DNA of 63,396 bases, filler included, from Atractiella rhizophila (taxonomy: Eukaryota): the NCBI GenBank assembly GCA_021432655.1. It is 6 parts of 6 records of this genome, joined end to end, with 100 filler letters (N's around TTAATTAATTAA, not from the genome) between each part and the next. Parts side by side here need not be neighbours in the genome. Positions count along the whole stretch, not along the records: positions 39,132 to 56,912 come from MU271561.1; 5 more parts are not named here. One strand, 5' to 3'. The position numbers were made by a program, and so were the translations under genes. The notes under the pieces are model-generated. The model made no database searches. It was not told the origin of the DNA and saw only the letters and a program-made list of their open reading frames with translations. Positions 39,032 to 52,209 of this stretch are shown here, one piece after another. Position 1 is the first letter of the stretch; each line of letters opens with the position of its first letter.

Positions 39032-39131
39032 NNNNNNNNNNNNNNNNNNNNNNNNNNNNNNNNNNNNNNNNNNNNTTAATTAATTAANNNNNNNNNNNNN
39101 NNNNNNNNNNNNNNNNNNNNNNNNNNNNNNN

Positions 39132-39238
39132 GCGAATGGATGGAGCGCAGGGTCCAGGTTCTTGTGGATTGGAGCGGCGCCGCGAGAGGAAGAGGCGACA
39201 TGGTCAGACATGGATCGGGAGAGTACTTGGATCTTCAT
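39132..39238 (-). CDS. SOF1: U3 snoRNP protein Sof1/DCAF13, N-terminal fragment
   Basis: MKIQVLSRS...HKNLDPALHPF matches the conserved Sof1 N-terminus (NLDPxLHPF). Confidence 0.85.
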
Positions 39239-40606
39239 CTTGACGCTGATACTACTTCCTTGCCCCCTTATTCGCTCTACTTTGGTGTGGTGACCAATTG
39301 TGCTGGCTGAAGAAAAATTTGGCAAACTTTCGATCAATCTCCCCGAATCTCCTCGTGGGAAAGATGATAGCTAACGACCTAACGACGACTCGGAGGTCGT
39401 GACGGAGGCTGGCCTGAATGAAGTACGATGCCTGAGTCTGATTACTGGGTTGGAGACATCAACTGTGGATGATCAAGTAGTAGTCAGTGCGTTCCCTCTC
39501 TGTTGGACTGGACTGGAGTCATCCAATTCCTCTTTGTGACTGTGCGCACGTGCATTGGGTATGACAATGCTCATTCAGACAACCACCATGGGGATCAACA
39601 TTATTGCCCTTTGCAAACAAATAACAGCTGAATTCTGCTTGCTGCCAATTAGTGCCTCTGCATTGATCCTTGAGATGGACCCTTATCAACACAGTATCAG
39701 ACGCGATAACCCATCAGTATTCATATCATGTTAGAAGCTGATCCTAGGCTTTCTCCGTTCCCAAAGGAGACGAGTTCTACCCGGGACAAGCGCGTAAAGT
39801 CAACGTGAAAATCTCTTCTTACCCGTCATACACAGGCAGTTTCACTGTCTTTGTCACTAACTGGCATCACAAGCTGTGCAAAGCAGAGTGTTTTATGATA
39901 GAGACTTGCCCATTTCTTAACAAAGTGCATGATGATACAGTAAGCGCAAAGAAGAGTAGAATCGATTATGTGAATATGTGAATAATTCTTGTTCTTCACG
40001 TGCCTGGCTTCTAGCGCGGATGTGAAGGTCTTTCGGCATCAGTTGTCATTTCATTTCCAGGTAGTCAGAATGCTCCAAAGCGCCATAGTTCAGTCCCACG
40101 TGTGCTTCTTTGTTTCTGCAGGACGACCAACCAAACTCTTTCGGCGCTGTTCGACCTATTGGGAGATTGCTGTCCAAACCTAGACCCCTGGAAGATTCCA
40201 ACCTTCCTTGTCTTCTGGGGTCTTCCCAAAATATCTATAATAGAATACTAGAATGCACTTCTCGGAGCGTGTTCCTTGGCATTCCAAACTCCAGGGAAGT
40301 GTTCTTTGTTCACAGTCATGCTTGTACCACGGGTTCGTACAGTGAGCTAACTAGTTGAATAAATATCGAGGCCTCTTTTCTACTAACCCTTCTTGCTTTG
40401 CTTCCTGCTGTTCAGCTATCTCCTGCGTCAGCGTTCTGTGGGGTGGTTTGTTGAAGTAATCGCTGAACCTGAGACGAAGCATATCACTTTAACGATCTTC
40501 TTTGCATCCATCGAATCGACTTCATATTCAGGTTCTTCTGCACGGTTCTCTTCATCCTTTGTGCCAGCCTCCTATCGCAGTTTAGAGCTTTCAGCTTCCC
40601 CTAATC

Positions 40607-41818
40607 ATGTTCTTCTCCGCCACATTCGCCCTTCTCAGTTGCCTATCATTCTCGCCTTTTGTCAACGCTCAGGTACCGTTCATCCACCATAATGAGTTGG
40701 GCGATGAGTATTTCTTTGCACGCATTCTACTCCCTTGTAAATTGAAGTTAGCTTACACTCAAGAGCAGTCTGTCGTCAAACCAGCAGGGAACTCCCCACC
40801 AGCTAAACCAGCTCTCAACTTGTTCCTCCACGGTCAATATTCTCCTTCCATGTTCGAAGCAGTGATGTTCAAGAGGATGGATCTTAGGGACAGGATCTGT
40901 GGGAGATTTTGGCGAGATGGACGTCAAACTGTTATACAATGGACCAGGGAGGCGAATCAAGGAATACTATGATGGAAACATCACAGTCGCTTCCAAGCTT
41001 GCTGCTGAACAGTTCTTAACCGTCATGCCCATCCATCCCAACGATACCTTCTACCCAGATGTGTAAGGTCTTCCCTTGGTTCTCATCGAAACGGCTTTGA
41101 TCGATCTATGGGTTAGTCCAGAATGGAATCTTGGTCGCGTTAAAGCGGTTCTCGACTTTGTTCAGCAGAACTACGACTACGATCAAGATCGTGTTTACCT
41201 TACGGGTTACTCGATGGGTAATCTCGCATTCTTATGACGGGATTGTTAAGCTGAACTTCGGTATTCCAGGGGCTCGTGACGGATGGAAAATGGCCATCGC
41301 ATACCCTACCTCTTTCGCCGCAGTTGCCCTCTCTGCTGGCGAACCAGACAATACCACAGACTTCAGGCCGCTCCTTAACATCCCAATCATGCACTACGCT
41401 GGGACAAAGGATTACGAAGGCGCTTCGAACGTAGCACGGGCTAACGAGACTCAGAGACTCATCGAAGCTTTGGGAGGAACAAAGGTGGAGCTCACCATCA
41501 TCCAGGGCCCTGATCCCGCTATCAGCCCAGCGCACAATCAAATGGCCAACGGTTTGTTTGTCGTTTATATAGAGGTAAAGTGCTAACAGCCCGCTTCCAG
41601 CTCCATTCTTCGAGGACCATTTCAACTGGCTTCTATCAAAGTCGCTCTCTGGAGCGACGTCCAACACTGAGTCTAGCGTGCGACCTTCATCCACTGGGTC
41701 AAACACTGGCGGCTCGCAGTCTTCAACCAATAACGAAGATTCGGCGGCGTCAAGCTTACGGCTAGGTATTGTCTCGTTCGCACTGATCGCTTTTGTTGGT
41801 GTGCAAGTTTTGCTGTGA
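40607..41818 (+). CDS. Secreted, probably GPI-anchored alpha/beta-hydrolase (esterase/peptidase-like)
   Basis: Signal peptide, LFLHG, DRVYLTGYSM|G nucleophile elbow, candidate Asp (GTKD) and His (AHNQ), Ser/Thr-rich linker and hydrophobic end DSAASSLRLGIVSFALIAFVGVQVLL*. Confidence 0.85.
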
Positions 41819-42091
41819 CATTTTCACGAGGGATTGGATGGACTGCTACCTACTTAACGGACATTACCGACTCGAGACTTTCTTTCTCAGACATACTCAT
41901 GAATATATAGATATTTTGGTGCATCGTTCAGCATTTGCCACGTCGTAGTTTTCACAGTACACTTAATGCCTATGTCCACTCTGACGGGTTGACTTTGTGG
42001 ACGCCTTAATTTGGGGCTCGTGCAGAATTTTGCCAGTAGTTGACGGTGCAATTTCCACATTAAGAAAGATAGAACACGTAACAGGGATGAA

Positions 42092-44112
42092 TCAAAGTCG
42101 CGCTTTTAACCAAGTTGTAAGTGCCCCTGGAGGTGACTGGTATGAGCTAATGACGTTGCGCTCCAACTCGGAGGCATTCACCTGTACCAAGAGTCAGAGA
42201 TGGACGGCAAGGGATAATGAGGAGACGCACATGCTGAGCTCCAAGCTCCTCAACGGTGGACACGCCTAACAGCTTCATGGCAACGACGATCTCCTTTGCA
42301 AAGATTCCGATGCACTTCTCCACTCCCGCATCTGATTGCATTGTGCAGCAATTGTCAGCGCTACTGCTCACGAGGGAGGAACATGAAGACGGACCTCCCC
42401 AAATTAGCGAGTTCATGGCTGGTCGTCCTATACCACACGCCTTCGCTCCCAAACAAAGAGCCATGACCACGTCCGTTCCTCTCCTGAAACCACCATCACA
42501 ATACACCTCACACTTTTTAAAAACCCAAGGACAGTATTTCCTGATCTCCAAGAGAGTCTCAACTGATGATGGTGCACCTTCCAATTGGCGTCCACCATGA
42601 TTGGAGAGGAAGATACCCGCCACGCCCCATCGTGCACAGAGCTCCGCGTCTTCTGCTGATTGAATACCTTTGACGACTATGGGCAGCTTTGTGTGCTTTC
42701 GGATCCACTTGAGGTCTTCCCACTGCATAATACTCCATCAGTGTTCATTTTGGCGCAGAGAGGACAGTTGCGTACAACAAGATTGGAATCCTGCGAGCTG
42801 AACATAGCTTGATTAACCGACCGTGGCGCATCTGTCTTCGCAGTGTTCATAGCGCCAGTGTCGACGTCTACAGCCTCATCCATGAATTTAGCGCGTTCAT
42901 CGATCTCTCGATTCCCAGGTGCCTGTCCAGGTATGAAGCTCATAAGTAAAGGAGTCGTCCAAAGAAGACAGTCATACAATAGCATCGACAGTCCAAACAA
43001 CCGCTTTATATCCTACTTCCTCCACCTTCTTCAGAAGCTCTTCTGAAGACTTGCGATTTGCGTTAATGTATAGTTGGAAGAAGAGCGTCTGATCGGAAGC
43101 TGCGACGCTCGCAACATCGACTGGTGAGACAGAGGCGTTGTTGCTAATCTATGGCCCGCATCAATAATTTCTTCTCGTGAGTAAGGAGGAAGGACACTTA
43201 CAACGTAAGGAATCCCCATCCTCCCGGCACCGCGAGCAAGACACTTCTCTCCGTCTGGATGTGCCAGCCTTCCCAACGCCGCAGGGGAGATAAATAGTGG
43301 GAGAGAAGAGGAGAATCCAAGAATTTTGGTAGCTGGCGTGCAGTTCCCGGTAGGTGTGAGCACGCGAGGTCGGAATCGAATCGAGTGGAAGTGGGTGTGA
43401 TTGTAGTCTCGTGCTGCTCTCCAATTTCAGCATCTACAATCTAGTTCTGACGAAAAGGTGGACTCCGCATATCGTCGGCCGCTGAATAATAGTACGCTGT
43501 AATAATTGTCAGCTTCTCTGCTTTTGTATGGAACAGGAATGATGAACCTACCCCAAGCTTTCTTCTTCAGTACCCGCTTCGCGCATTTCTCAATGTCCTC
43601 GATGTTCAGCACTCGCGAAAGCGCAGGTAATCCATCAGAACCCAAGGGTATTTCATCATCATCTTGCACAGTGTGGTCTTCCTTCTTCGCTGGCTTTTTT
43701 AATGTCGCTGGGTCCACTGGACCAAGGTGGCAGTCCTTGGGGAGCGTGTCTATAGTTCCTGGCGGATGACTAGATAACCCTTTTCAGAAACTTCTAATAG
43801 ATAGCGGCAAATGTGGAGTACAACTGACATTGGGTCCTACAACACATGCTCCTTCAACTTGGAGTACAAAGCTGAGGAGGAAGGAAGAAAGCATACGTAT
43901 TCCTCCGTTGCGTCCATTCCACCGTACTTAAGCAAGATATTTGCACCTCCTGGATGCTCGTCCAAGAACTACAGCCCTCCTCGACACCAATCCCCAGATG
44001 AAGGCGGGCCAATTAGAAGGCGTACCTTGGTAACGTCATATGCCTTTCCACTGATGACGATCCAGCAACTCTCTCTGGTATTGTGGGTAGCGACATCTTT
44101 ACCGTCCAACAT
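42092..44112 (-). CDS. Flavocytochrome b2-type FMN-dependent alpha-hydroxy-acid dehydrogenase with cytochrome b5 domain
   Basis: b5 domain (HNTRESCWIVISGKAYDVT, HPGG), FISPAALGRLAHPDGE, VVKGIQ, SNHGGRQL, DGGFRRGTDV; last exon ends WLKARL*. Confidence 0.93.
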
Positions 44113-44387
44113 CTTCTCTACTTTGTCTCCAGTCGTCAAATAATTCCAAGGGAATGCCCTGGCATTGCAGCAAGCGGCGCGAATTTATAACATCATTTGT
44201 TTCCGTGGGGAGGAAGTGGGGGTGCCGGAATAAAGTTCTTGCCAGATTCGATCGCGTTGCGGCGCGTCGGCCCTTTTCAGGATGTTATCCCATGGTCATT
44301 CGTGTTATAAAGGCTGCAACTTCCCTCGAAGCGTCTTTAGTTCGAGTCGGCAAGTTCTGAAGAACGGAAAGGGATCACAGGTCCATA

Positions 44388-45734
44388 ATGACTGTGGTGA
44401 AATTTTCAAATCCACTTGTGTATAAAACGGGAAGATGGGACCAACATTCCACGTCCTGGTGGCCAGGAACCGGATTCAAGTGCTTTTTACGCGGTGAGCA
44501 AATACCTAAGAAAGCGGTCGTGGGATTTGGGGAACGAACCAGTCAAGGGGTGGAGATCGCATGGAGTGGAGATGGGATGGAATGGCAGAAACGAAAGGTT
44601 TCCCACGGTGTGCAAGAACTGAGTTTGGAGCACCTCCACTGGGAAGAAAGTAATGGTGTTTATTGCTGGAGGGTGAACGTAACCGGTTGGGAGCATAACA
44701 GGATACAAGTGGAGAATGTGGAATTTGAGGGAGTGAGGCGTTGAAAGCTCCTGAGATTTTGCTTTCAACTTGATGCGAGAGGCAGGATTACGAATTGGTG
44801 CAGCCGCGAACTTCTGATTTGGTGTTTGAGTTCATAGGAGACTCTTTAACAGCCGTAAGTCATTGTATCCATTCAAAAATGTGGGAGGCTTATCTTAAAG
44901 AAGGGCCAATACCTTTCCGACGGTGTTCTCTCATCGTGGGCGTGGCACCTTGCCAACACTTTCCAGGCAGAGAGAAATATTATTGCTTTTCCAGGCTGCT
45001 GCTTGAGCGACGTGGTAGGGATGACTTCCCCAATCCTTGTGTAATCCTGACAAGCATCGAAGCCGGCTTGGGGAAACAAGCGAGGTACTTCGGTCCCATA
45101 ACAGCCAACGCGAAACTGAGGGGAGCTGAAGGACTATCGCACCTTTATCACACGGTACAAGACAGCTGTGTGGACCGCTACGCCTCTCCCTTCATCGTAG
45201 ATGTCGAGGCTTTCGACCCTTCGAAGTATGGACAGCCAGTGACGCATATTTTCATCAACATTGGCTCAAACGATGCTTCTGTTGTTGTAGGTTCCTCGTT
45301 CCATTTCCAAAGAATGCTGAAAGACAACACAGGCTCGCGTACCACCAGAAAAATATCTTCAGACCTATGTCGCATTCCTACGAAGATTGAGAGGCTACTA
45401 CCCTTCTCAGACCATAGTTCTGATGCGCCTTTGGGGATGGTACGACCACAACAAAGGAAAGGAAGTGCCACAGTTGCTACCTATCTATGAAGGAAAGCTA
45501 GAGGAGGCTATTGCAGCCAGAGAGGCGGAAGGGGACAACAATATACGTTTCATGAATACAGTGAGTAATTCAATGCCTCCACGCAAAGCCATTAAAGAGT
45601 ATCCACTTCTGCAGACTGGATGGATGGAGAAAGAGGACTTTAGCAGAGAGCATGGCCATCCCACGGACGAAGCGCAGAAAAAAGCAGGGCATCTTGCGAG
45701 CGAATGGGTTAAGCAGAATTTGGATCTGGAGTAA
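44388..45734 (+). CDS. SGNH/GDSL hydrolase (CE2-like architecture), no signal peptide
   Basis: N-terminal beta-rich domain (GRWD...WWPGTG), FEFIGDSLTA, INIGSND, HGHPT. Confidence 0.8.
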
Positions 45735-45991
45735 TCTCAACCGAGAAATCACTATTTCACATCATTGTAGCTATCCACGGACATTATATTCCATTGGTTC
45801 TCCGTATCTACTGTTTAAACAGCCGATGAAAACCCTCGAATACACTCGATGCATGAAGACTTGGATCGTGGACATACAGGCTGACAATGTTCCTCATGCC
45901 AAACCGTCTTGATCTCGCCACTTTTCGTGAGAGCGTGACCGCAGCTCTTCTCTCTCGCTCTCTCGATCTCCTCGTAATCAGATGCCTAAAC

Positions 45992-46286
45992 TGATGAGTT
46001 TAAGAGGGCGACAGGTTGCGAGGCTGCGAGGTGCGAGACAACCAATAAGAATGTAATTCTAGCTATGTAAAGATGAAATACATTACCTGCGAGGTGCGAG
46101 ACCAACCAATAAGAATGTGGTCTCGCACTCGCAGGGCAACTCGCTTTTATCAGAGAAAGATGCTGAATAATGAGAAGGTGTAATTGGAAGTGAAGAGAAA
46201 ACTTGAACACACCCCACAGTAAGGATACTAAGAGAAGTGAATGCTCCCAGAAAGTAGGAGGCGTAAGTGTTCCGGTCACCCCATCA
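45992..46286 (-). mobile_element. Solo LTR, same family as 13679-14197
   Basis: Minus strand TGATGGGG...CTCTTAAACTCATCA with flanks taaac/tgaac (TSD with one mismatch). Shares gccctgcRagtgcgagacc and gcaggtaatgtatttca with the other copy. Confidence 0.78.
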
Positions 46287-47418
46287 TGAACGTCTCTAGC
46301 CATTGTTGGAGCATATCACGTCACGGCACCGACTCAGAGGTCACTGTGGTTGGAATGTGTACCAATGATATCGATTTGGAGTCTGTTATCCACTGCGCTG
46401 CGCATTCGATCTACTTTGGTTGCCCGTGTAGCCACCTTTCTTTCACCTACGCGGTAGTCCAGCTCTCTCCGAGTCTGTGTCTCTCAGTCTTAGAACGCAA
46501 ATTTCATATTTTACATTCTGATTTCTGATACGAAGCGCTCTCAAACCCTTCGAAGTTCTACCCTTCTCATCTCCTTCACGTACGAGAGGATTTGGCCAAA
46601 CCAATATCCTCAGCCGACTACCAGTCCCAAATCTTCTTCAAAGTGCTGTGGCATCGTGCAACGTCCAGTTGTTCCGAATGCGAAGTCACAGGGAAGATAT
46701 CTCCTTCAAGTTCCACGATACGGATGGAGGGCTGGGGACACCACGGCTGGTCATCACATTGGTATTGCTGTCTCACAATTATCACAATGTTAGGCAGATT
46801 ATGGAGCTATTAGATATCTATGTATTCCACTTGCTTGTGGTCAGACATCGAAGAGAACACTTTGAGTAATAGAATAGTCGTGACGGCAACGTGCGAGAAG
46901 AACCTCAGCCAGCTCCACTTTCTGAACCTCTCCTCTCAAGCTTCACCTGCGCCCATCGTCCTCCACAAGACAGAAATCCTTGTATAGCGAACTTGAACAC
47001 CACATCTGCGGACCTGACAACAAATATTCAGAACCGAAAAAGAGCGACGACACAATTCAAAAATTGTTGTTCTGACGAATGAAAGACGAAAACATCGATC
47101 GAGGCCAACAGCAAGTTTCACCCAAAGATAATATCATAGTTTCCCTTCCCTTTCTTTGTCCACGGACAACCCAACAACCACGAATCGGATTAGTCCAGGT
47201 TTTAACCAACCACAAGAACAAAGTCGAGTCAAACACCAACTAGGTGACTGCGGCGGAGGATGTTGGTGCGTCTCTCAACCCACACCCACACCAGAGTAAT
47301 TCTTCAACAGCGACTGATTCAGCAGGTATCCTAGATCTATATCACTGGTTCGTGTATTCTTTCTGCCCCATCCACCTGGCCTCTCCAGTTTCTCTCCGAC
47401 AATTTTGGTGGATACAGT

Positions 47419-50400
47419 ATGTCCAGGACGTCGATGGCAAGTAGTGACGAAAGCGAAGCCTTTCTTTCCGCCTCCAAAAAGCGAAGCGATTCCCATTCAT
47501 CAGAGAGATCCTATTCTTCTCCTGGACTAGAAGGATCGAGTGTTGTATCACTCCCACGATCCATACGATCTGCAAGCTTGAAGACGCTCCGCTCGCACGA
47601 AAGGGACGCTCCAACGGATTCGCCTCCAGATCGTGACGCTGAAACTCAGCCGTTGCTTGGAGCAGGAGATGGGGCTATTAAGAAGCTAACTGATCCAGGA
47701 GGACCATTGAGTTTAAGCACAGGGAAAAGGAACATTATTCTGTTTGCTGTCTGGGGAGCATACTTTGGTGCGTCCGTCTGTTCTTCCCTCGTTTACGCCC
47801 TGATGATTGTTGTACCGCATGTAGCGTCTGTAAGTTATTATGTCTCTGATCAGACCTTCCGTACTGTGTCTCTTTTCCATCCCGCCATTTCTTTCTTTGT
47901 CCATTCCACGTGTTGTTTATATGGGTGATCCGTTGTGTTGACGGACTCTATCCGTAACGAGGAGGCTGGAATACCGGCCTTTATTCGACTGATTCAAGAT
48001 ACATTGGAAATATCTAATGCAGCGTTTGCTTTCATCCACCATCAAAATTCCGTTTCCAGCAAGGATTTCACAGCAGAACGTTTCATTTGCTTGCGTGACT
48101 TTCTGATTAATACACACGAAGAGTTTGGCTTTGACGACTTACCTAAGAGAAGCCACGCTTGACCACCTCGCTCTCACCCACTTTAAAGCTGTAGGAAACT
48201 GATGTTGGGTTCATGCAGGCGCTGGACAGTACGTCTCGTGTTTCCTTATACAAGCAGACAACTCAGCGCTGTACTTCCCAAGCGACACTAATGACGACCC
48301 TACTCCCTCTTGTTTCCTCGTCCTTCCAATCCGCGCACGAAGCCTCTTGGCTGGGAACATCCTACCTTCTCTCAACTCTAACCTTCACCCCGCTCTATGG
48401 AAGATTGCTCGACATCGTGGGGAGGAGAAAGAGTATTCTGTTCGCGATGGGAACTTTCGCCGTGGGGACAGGGTTGTGTGGAATTGCCTGGAGCATGAAG
48501 TTAGCATCCCCTCCCTCGTTAGGCTTGAGTAGAGTGTTAGGGTGATTGCCATGATTGATTGCATGGTTTAGGTCCTTGATCGCAGCCAGGTTTATTGCTG
48601 GGATGGGAGGCGGAGGAATGACGACTGCAGCTACTGTAATCACTGGTGACCTGCTTACAATGAAAGGCAGAGCCGTAGCAACGATTTTTAGCACTGTATG
48701 CATATCTCATTCATCCTGTCACAGTATACCTGATGAAATTTAAAAGATGTTCTGGGCCGTAGGAGGCGCGTTAGGAGGACCGTTCGGTGGCTTCCTCGCG
48801 GATTCGGTTGGTTGGAGGTTCGCGTTCCTCATCCAGATTCCCTTCCTGGGTGGGTGGATTCGTGTTTATTTATCTTGCTTGGGACGGTTGGTCTCTGATC
48901 TATACGCTCGTAGTCCTATTTTCCATCGTGACCTTCATCTCTATCGACTACAAACTCCCGCACCAAAGTGATAGGAAACGGACTCCACAGGAAATTATCC
49001 GGCGCATTGATTGGTTCGGGTCGCTTACTTTGTTTGGTGGATTCCTTGGACTACTGATAGGGTTGAGTGAGAAGAATAACGAAGCGCACCCTGTATGTCT
49101 TCATCATTCATCCCGTGAACGCAAGTTGAAAAGAAAAACGAATGCAGTTTTCCGATCCCAAAGTTCACGTTCCCTTGATCCTTGCTGCTTGTTTCTTCTC
49201 CTCCTTCCTCGTCATTGAGGCTTTTTGGGTCAAGGAACCTATATTCCCTTTTCCTGCATTAAGGAGTAGGACGAGGGTTTTTACTGGGTTTATGCAGTTC
49301 TTCACCGCCATCAGTAACCTCATGGTTGTAAGGCGATTCTCTAGGTGTGTCCTCAAGACAACTGATATGAGTCAGATCTATCATTTCCCAACGTGGTACA
49401 TTGTTATGGAAGGCACAAGTGGATCTGAAGCTGGTACGCGAAATATGGTGCTTACATCTAAAGTGATTTCACCGTCCCTACAGGTCTGCACATGATCCCA
49501 CAGTCGATTGGCGCAACCCTCGGTAGTGCTTTTGCAGGTTGGATCATCTAGTTAGCGTTCACCTTATTTGGCTTTGTTCTGACCATCACGCAGTAAGACA
49601 GGGCGGTATTGGTGTGTCCCTTTCAGTTCCTAGGGACCGCCTGACGTTCTTGTTATGTTGTTAAAACAGGTGGATGTCGGTAGTATCTGGCCTGCTACCG
49701 ATTTGGTCTGCTTACCTCATAACGAATCTCGAACCAGACTCGCCTTCTATTATGCGATGGTTGGCAATAGTAGGTTGACTACACACTCATCAGTGACTAT
49801 TCTGACAAGATATCTCAGTTTCCCAGCGGATTCGGTTACTCTAGCATGATGTCTGGCTCCTTCAGTGTGTCGTTTTTACGAGTGGATGCCCTAAAGCTGA
49901 TGCAAGGTCCCAGTTGCACTGCAAGCATCCGTTCCCCGTCAGCGTTTCGTTGTCTACTATTCACTTCCTCACTTAACGGTGCTACTCAGACTCCCAACTC
50001 GCAGTCATCACAGGTTAGCGTGAACCTTTGTATTCCAACAAAAACTGAACGATGATTGCTCAGGCTCCAACTTCATATTTAGAGGTTTTGGTAAGCTCCA
50101 GACTGTCCTCAGTTTATAAAGTGAAAGTGATAGGCGCTAGGACAAACGCTCGGGGTTGGGCTTGGTGGCGCAATTCTTCAAAGCACGCTTTCCCGTGAGC
50201 TTGCAGCTCGGATTCATGGACCTGACAGCGATGCTGTCTGTTTTCATTCATCTGTGCGGTAACGAACCTAAAAATCTGGGTAGCTTATCGCGAGGATTCG
50301 ACACGATACAGCTTTCCTCAGAGAGCTCCCAGTTGAGCTCAAAACTGAAGCGTTGGCAAGTTACAGAATAGCCTTAAAGAGCGTGTTTGCCTGGGCCATG

Positions 50401-50545
50401 ATAACGGCGACTTTGGATTGGCTGTGTTGCTTGAACGTGTGTTCTCACTGATTGACGCCCCGAACAGTGACCGATGTGTTCTTAGATGGGAGTACATTCG
50501 CTCGAGGAAAAAGACCGCCTTCAGGATCCTGAGGAAGAAAATTAA
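47419..50545 (+). CDS. MFS transporter, DHA2/Vba-like (vacuolar basic amino-acid/drug:H+), many exons including micro-exons
   Basis: N-terminal dileucine-type ETQPLL, spliced WGAYFASALDTTLMTT, SWLGTSYLLS, PLYGRLLDIVGRR, ARFIAGMGGGG, LGGPFGG, RIDWFGS. Confidence 0.9.
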
Positions 50546-51100
50546 GGCGTTGGTAGCTGTGTGAAGGCAGATTGGTTAATTGGGTCACTTCTCTTGATCT
50601 ATTTGGCCGTTTCTAGTCATAAATATCATTTCGCAGACCAACGAAACTATGCGCTCTTATTTCATAGTACATTTGCAGCAATGAATGAGACCCCCCCGCG
50701 TGGATGGACTTGCCTAAGCTCCGGGTCAGGTATGATTGCATTGTAAGAGCAAGCTAGCAAATGTACGGATTCTAGGATAGATACATAGCTATTTATACTG
50801 TGATGAGGACTAATACTGTCGTAGCTGCATCACTTCGCGAATTCGGGAAGATGAGTACTATGGCTGACATGCTAACACGTGATTTTCAGGTTGGAGCACG
50901 AAACACTTTTCACGTCACTTGCCAGCAGGCTCACTACTGGACGAAGGCTTCCCAGAGTGCCTCTCGCCATAATACAGTCCGCAACAGACTCCAACCCTTC
51001 CTTCCCATTGCTCGTATGGGTCTCTCACCGTCTATCGGTTTTGAAGGTGAGTTCACTGCCCATCGTTCTTCGCCTTTCAAGCGCCTGATGGAGTGCCTAG

Positions 51101-51981
51101 ATACTCACTCACCATCTTCCTTTCATCGTGAGAGAACCACTGGTTAAACTGATAGGCACAGTGTGTCTCCCTTCCACGTAGCAAAACAAGCTGAGTGCTC
51201 ACGGATTCTCGGGACAGGAATGCTACACGAAACTTGTTTGGAACCTCGATTTGACGTCGACACAATGTCTTCGATACTCGATATCCAAAGTCCTAGGATT
51301 GGGAATCGTCGTCGGCGGCTCCATAGTTAAAGTACCACAGATATGGAAGATCGTTCGCTCTCGCTCCGTCCGCGGCCTCAGCCTCTCTTTCTTCCTCCTC
51401 GATACCGTTTCCCTCCTCCTAGTTGTCTCTTACAACGTGAGGAACAAATTTCCCTTTTCAACATACGGAGAGAACCTTTTCCTTTTTATCCAGGTACGCC
51501 TCCCATTCTTGTCCGTCGCCACGGCTGATGCAACAAATCACCATTTTTGCAGAACATAATAATCATGACACTAATTCTCCACTACACCAAGCAATACTCT
51601 CCCATCCTATTCCTCGTCCTCCTCGTCCCGATCATCTCCTTCTTCTTTTCCCCGCTCCTTCCTTCCGCAATCCTGACCTCACTCGTCGCGCTCTCGATTC
51701 CCCTCTCCCTCTCATCCAAGTTCCCCCAGATTATTCAAAACTATCGTCAACGCTCGACGGGCCAACTATCCGCCTTTCTCATCTTCAACTCTTTTGCAGG
51801 ATGCGTTGCACGAGTTTTCACGACCAGCACGGAAACAGGTGACCCAGTCTTGTGGTGGGGTTTCGTTTGTGCGGCTACGCTCAACGGCATCTTGGCAATA
51901 CAGATGGCCCTGTATTGGAATAGAGGGATGAAGGGAGAGGGATATATACCGCTTTCTAATAAAAGGAGGCATAAAGATTAG
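51101..51981 (+). CDS. Mannose-P-dolichol utilization defect 1 (MPDU1/Lec35-like) PQ-loop protein; start exon not resolved
   Basis: CLRYSISKVLGLGIVVGGSIVKVPQI, FPFSTYGEN, SKFPQIIQNY...STGQLS, ARVFTT. Confidence 0.9.
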
Positions 51982-52209
51982 GCGCAAGCGTGTCAGGTAC
52001 TCTTCATTTGCGGTCAGTTCGATTGTAGGATACGTCGGTTTGTCTTTGGATATAATGCTTCATGAAGCCCTTTCGTTATTCCAACCATAATCCGGAACTG
52101 AACACACTACTAGCAACTGACTATTCACAAAAGCACTGATCATGTTCCCAAGATCGTCAAGTTTAATTGTCCACCAACTCATCATCGAAGTCACTCAAAT
52201 CCGTCAATC

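Noticed and set aside
40323..40355. Helitron-like 3' end (short hairpin then CTAGT)
   Set aside because: The stem is only 5 bp, with no second copy or Rep/helicase remnant.
50799..50869. C/D-box-like pair GTGATGA...CTGA upstream of a CTAAC/CAG acceptor
   Set aside because: No recognisable rRNA-antisense guide, and the D box abuts the branch site and is itself branch-like. It would need a snoscan hit.
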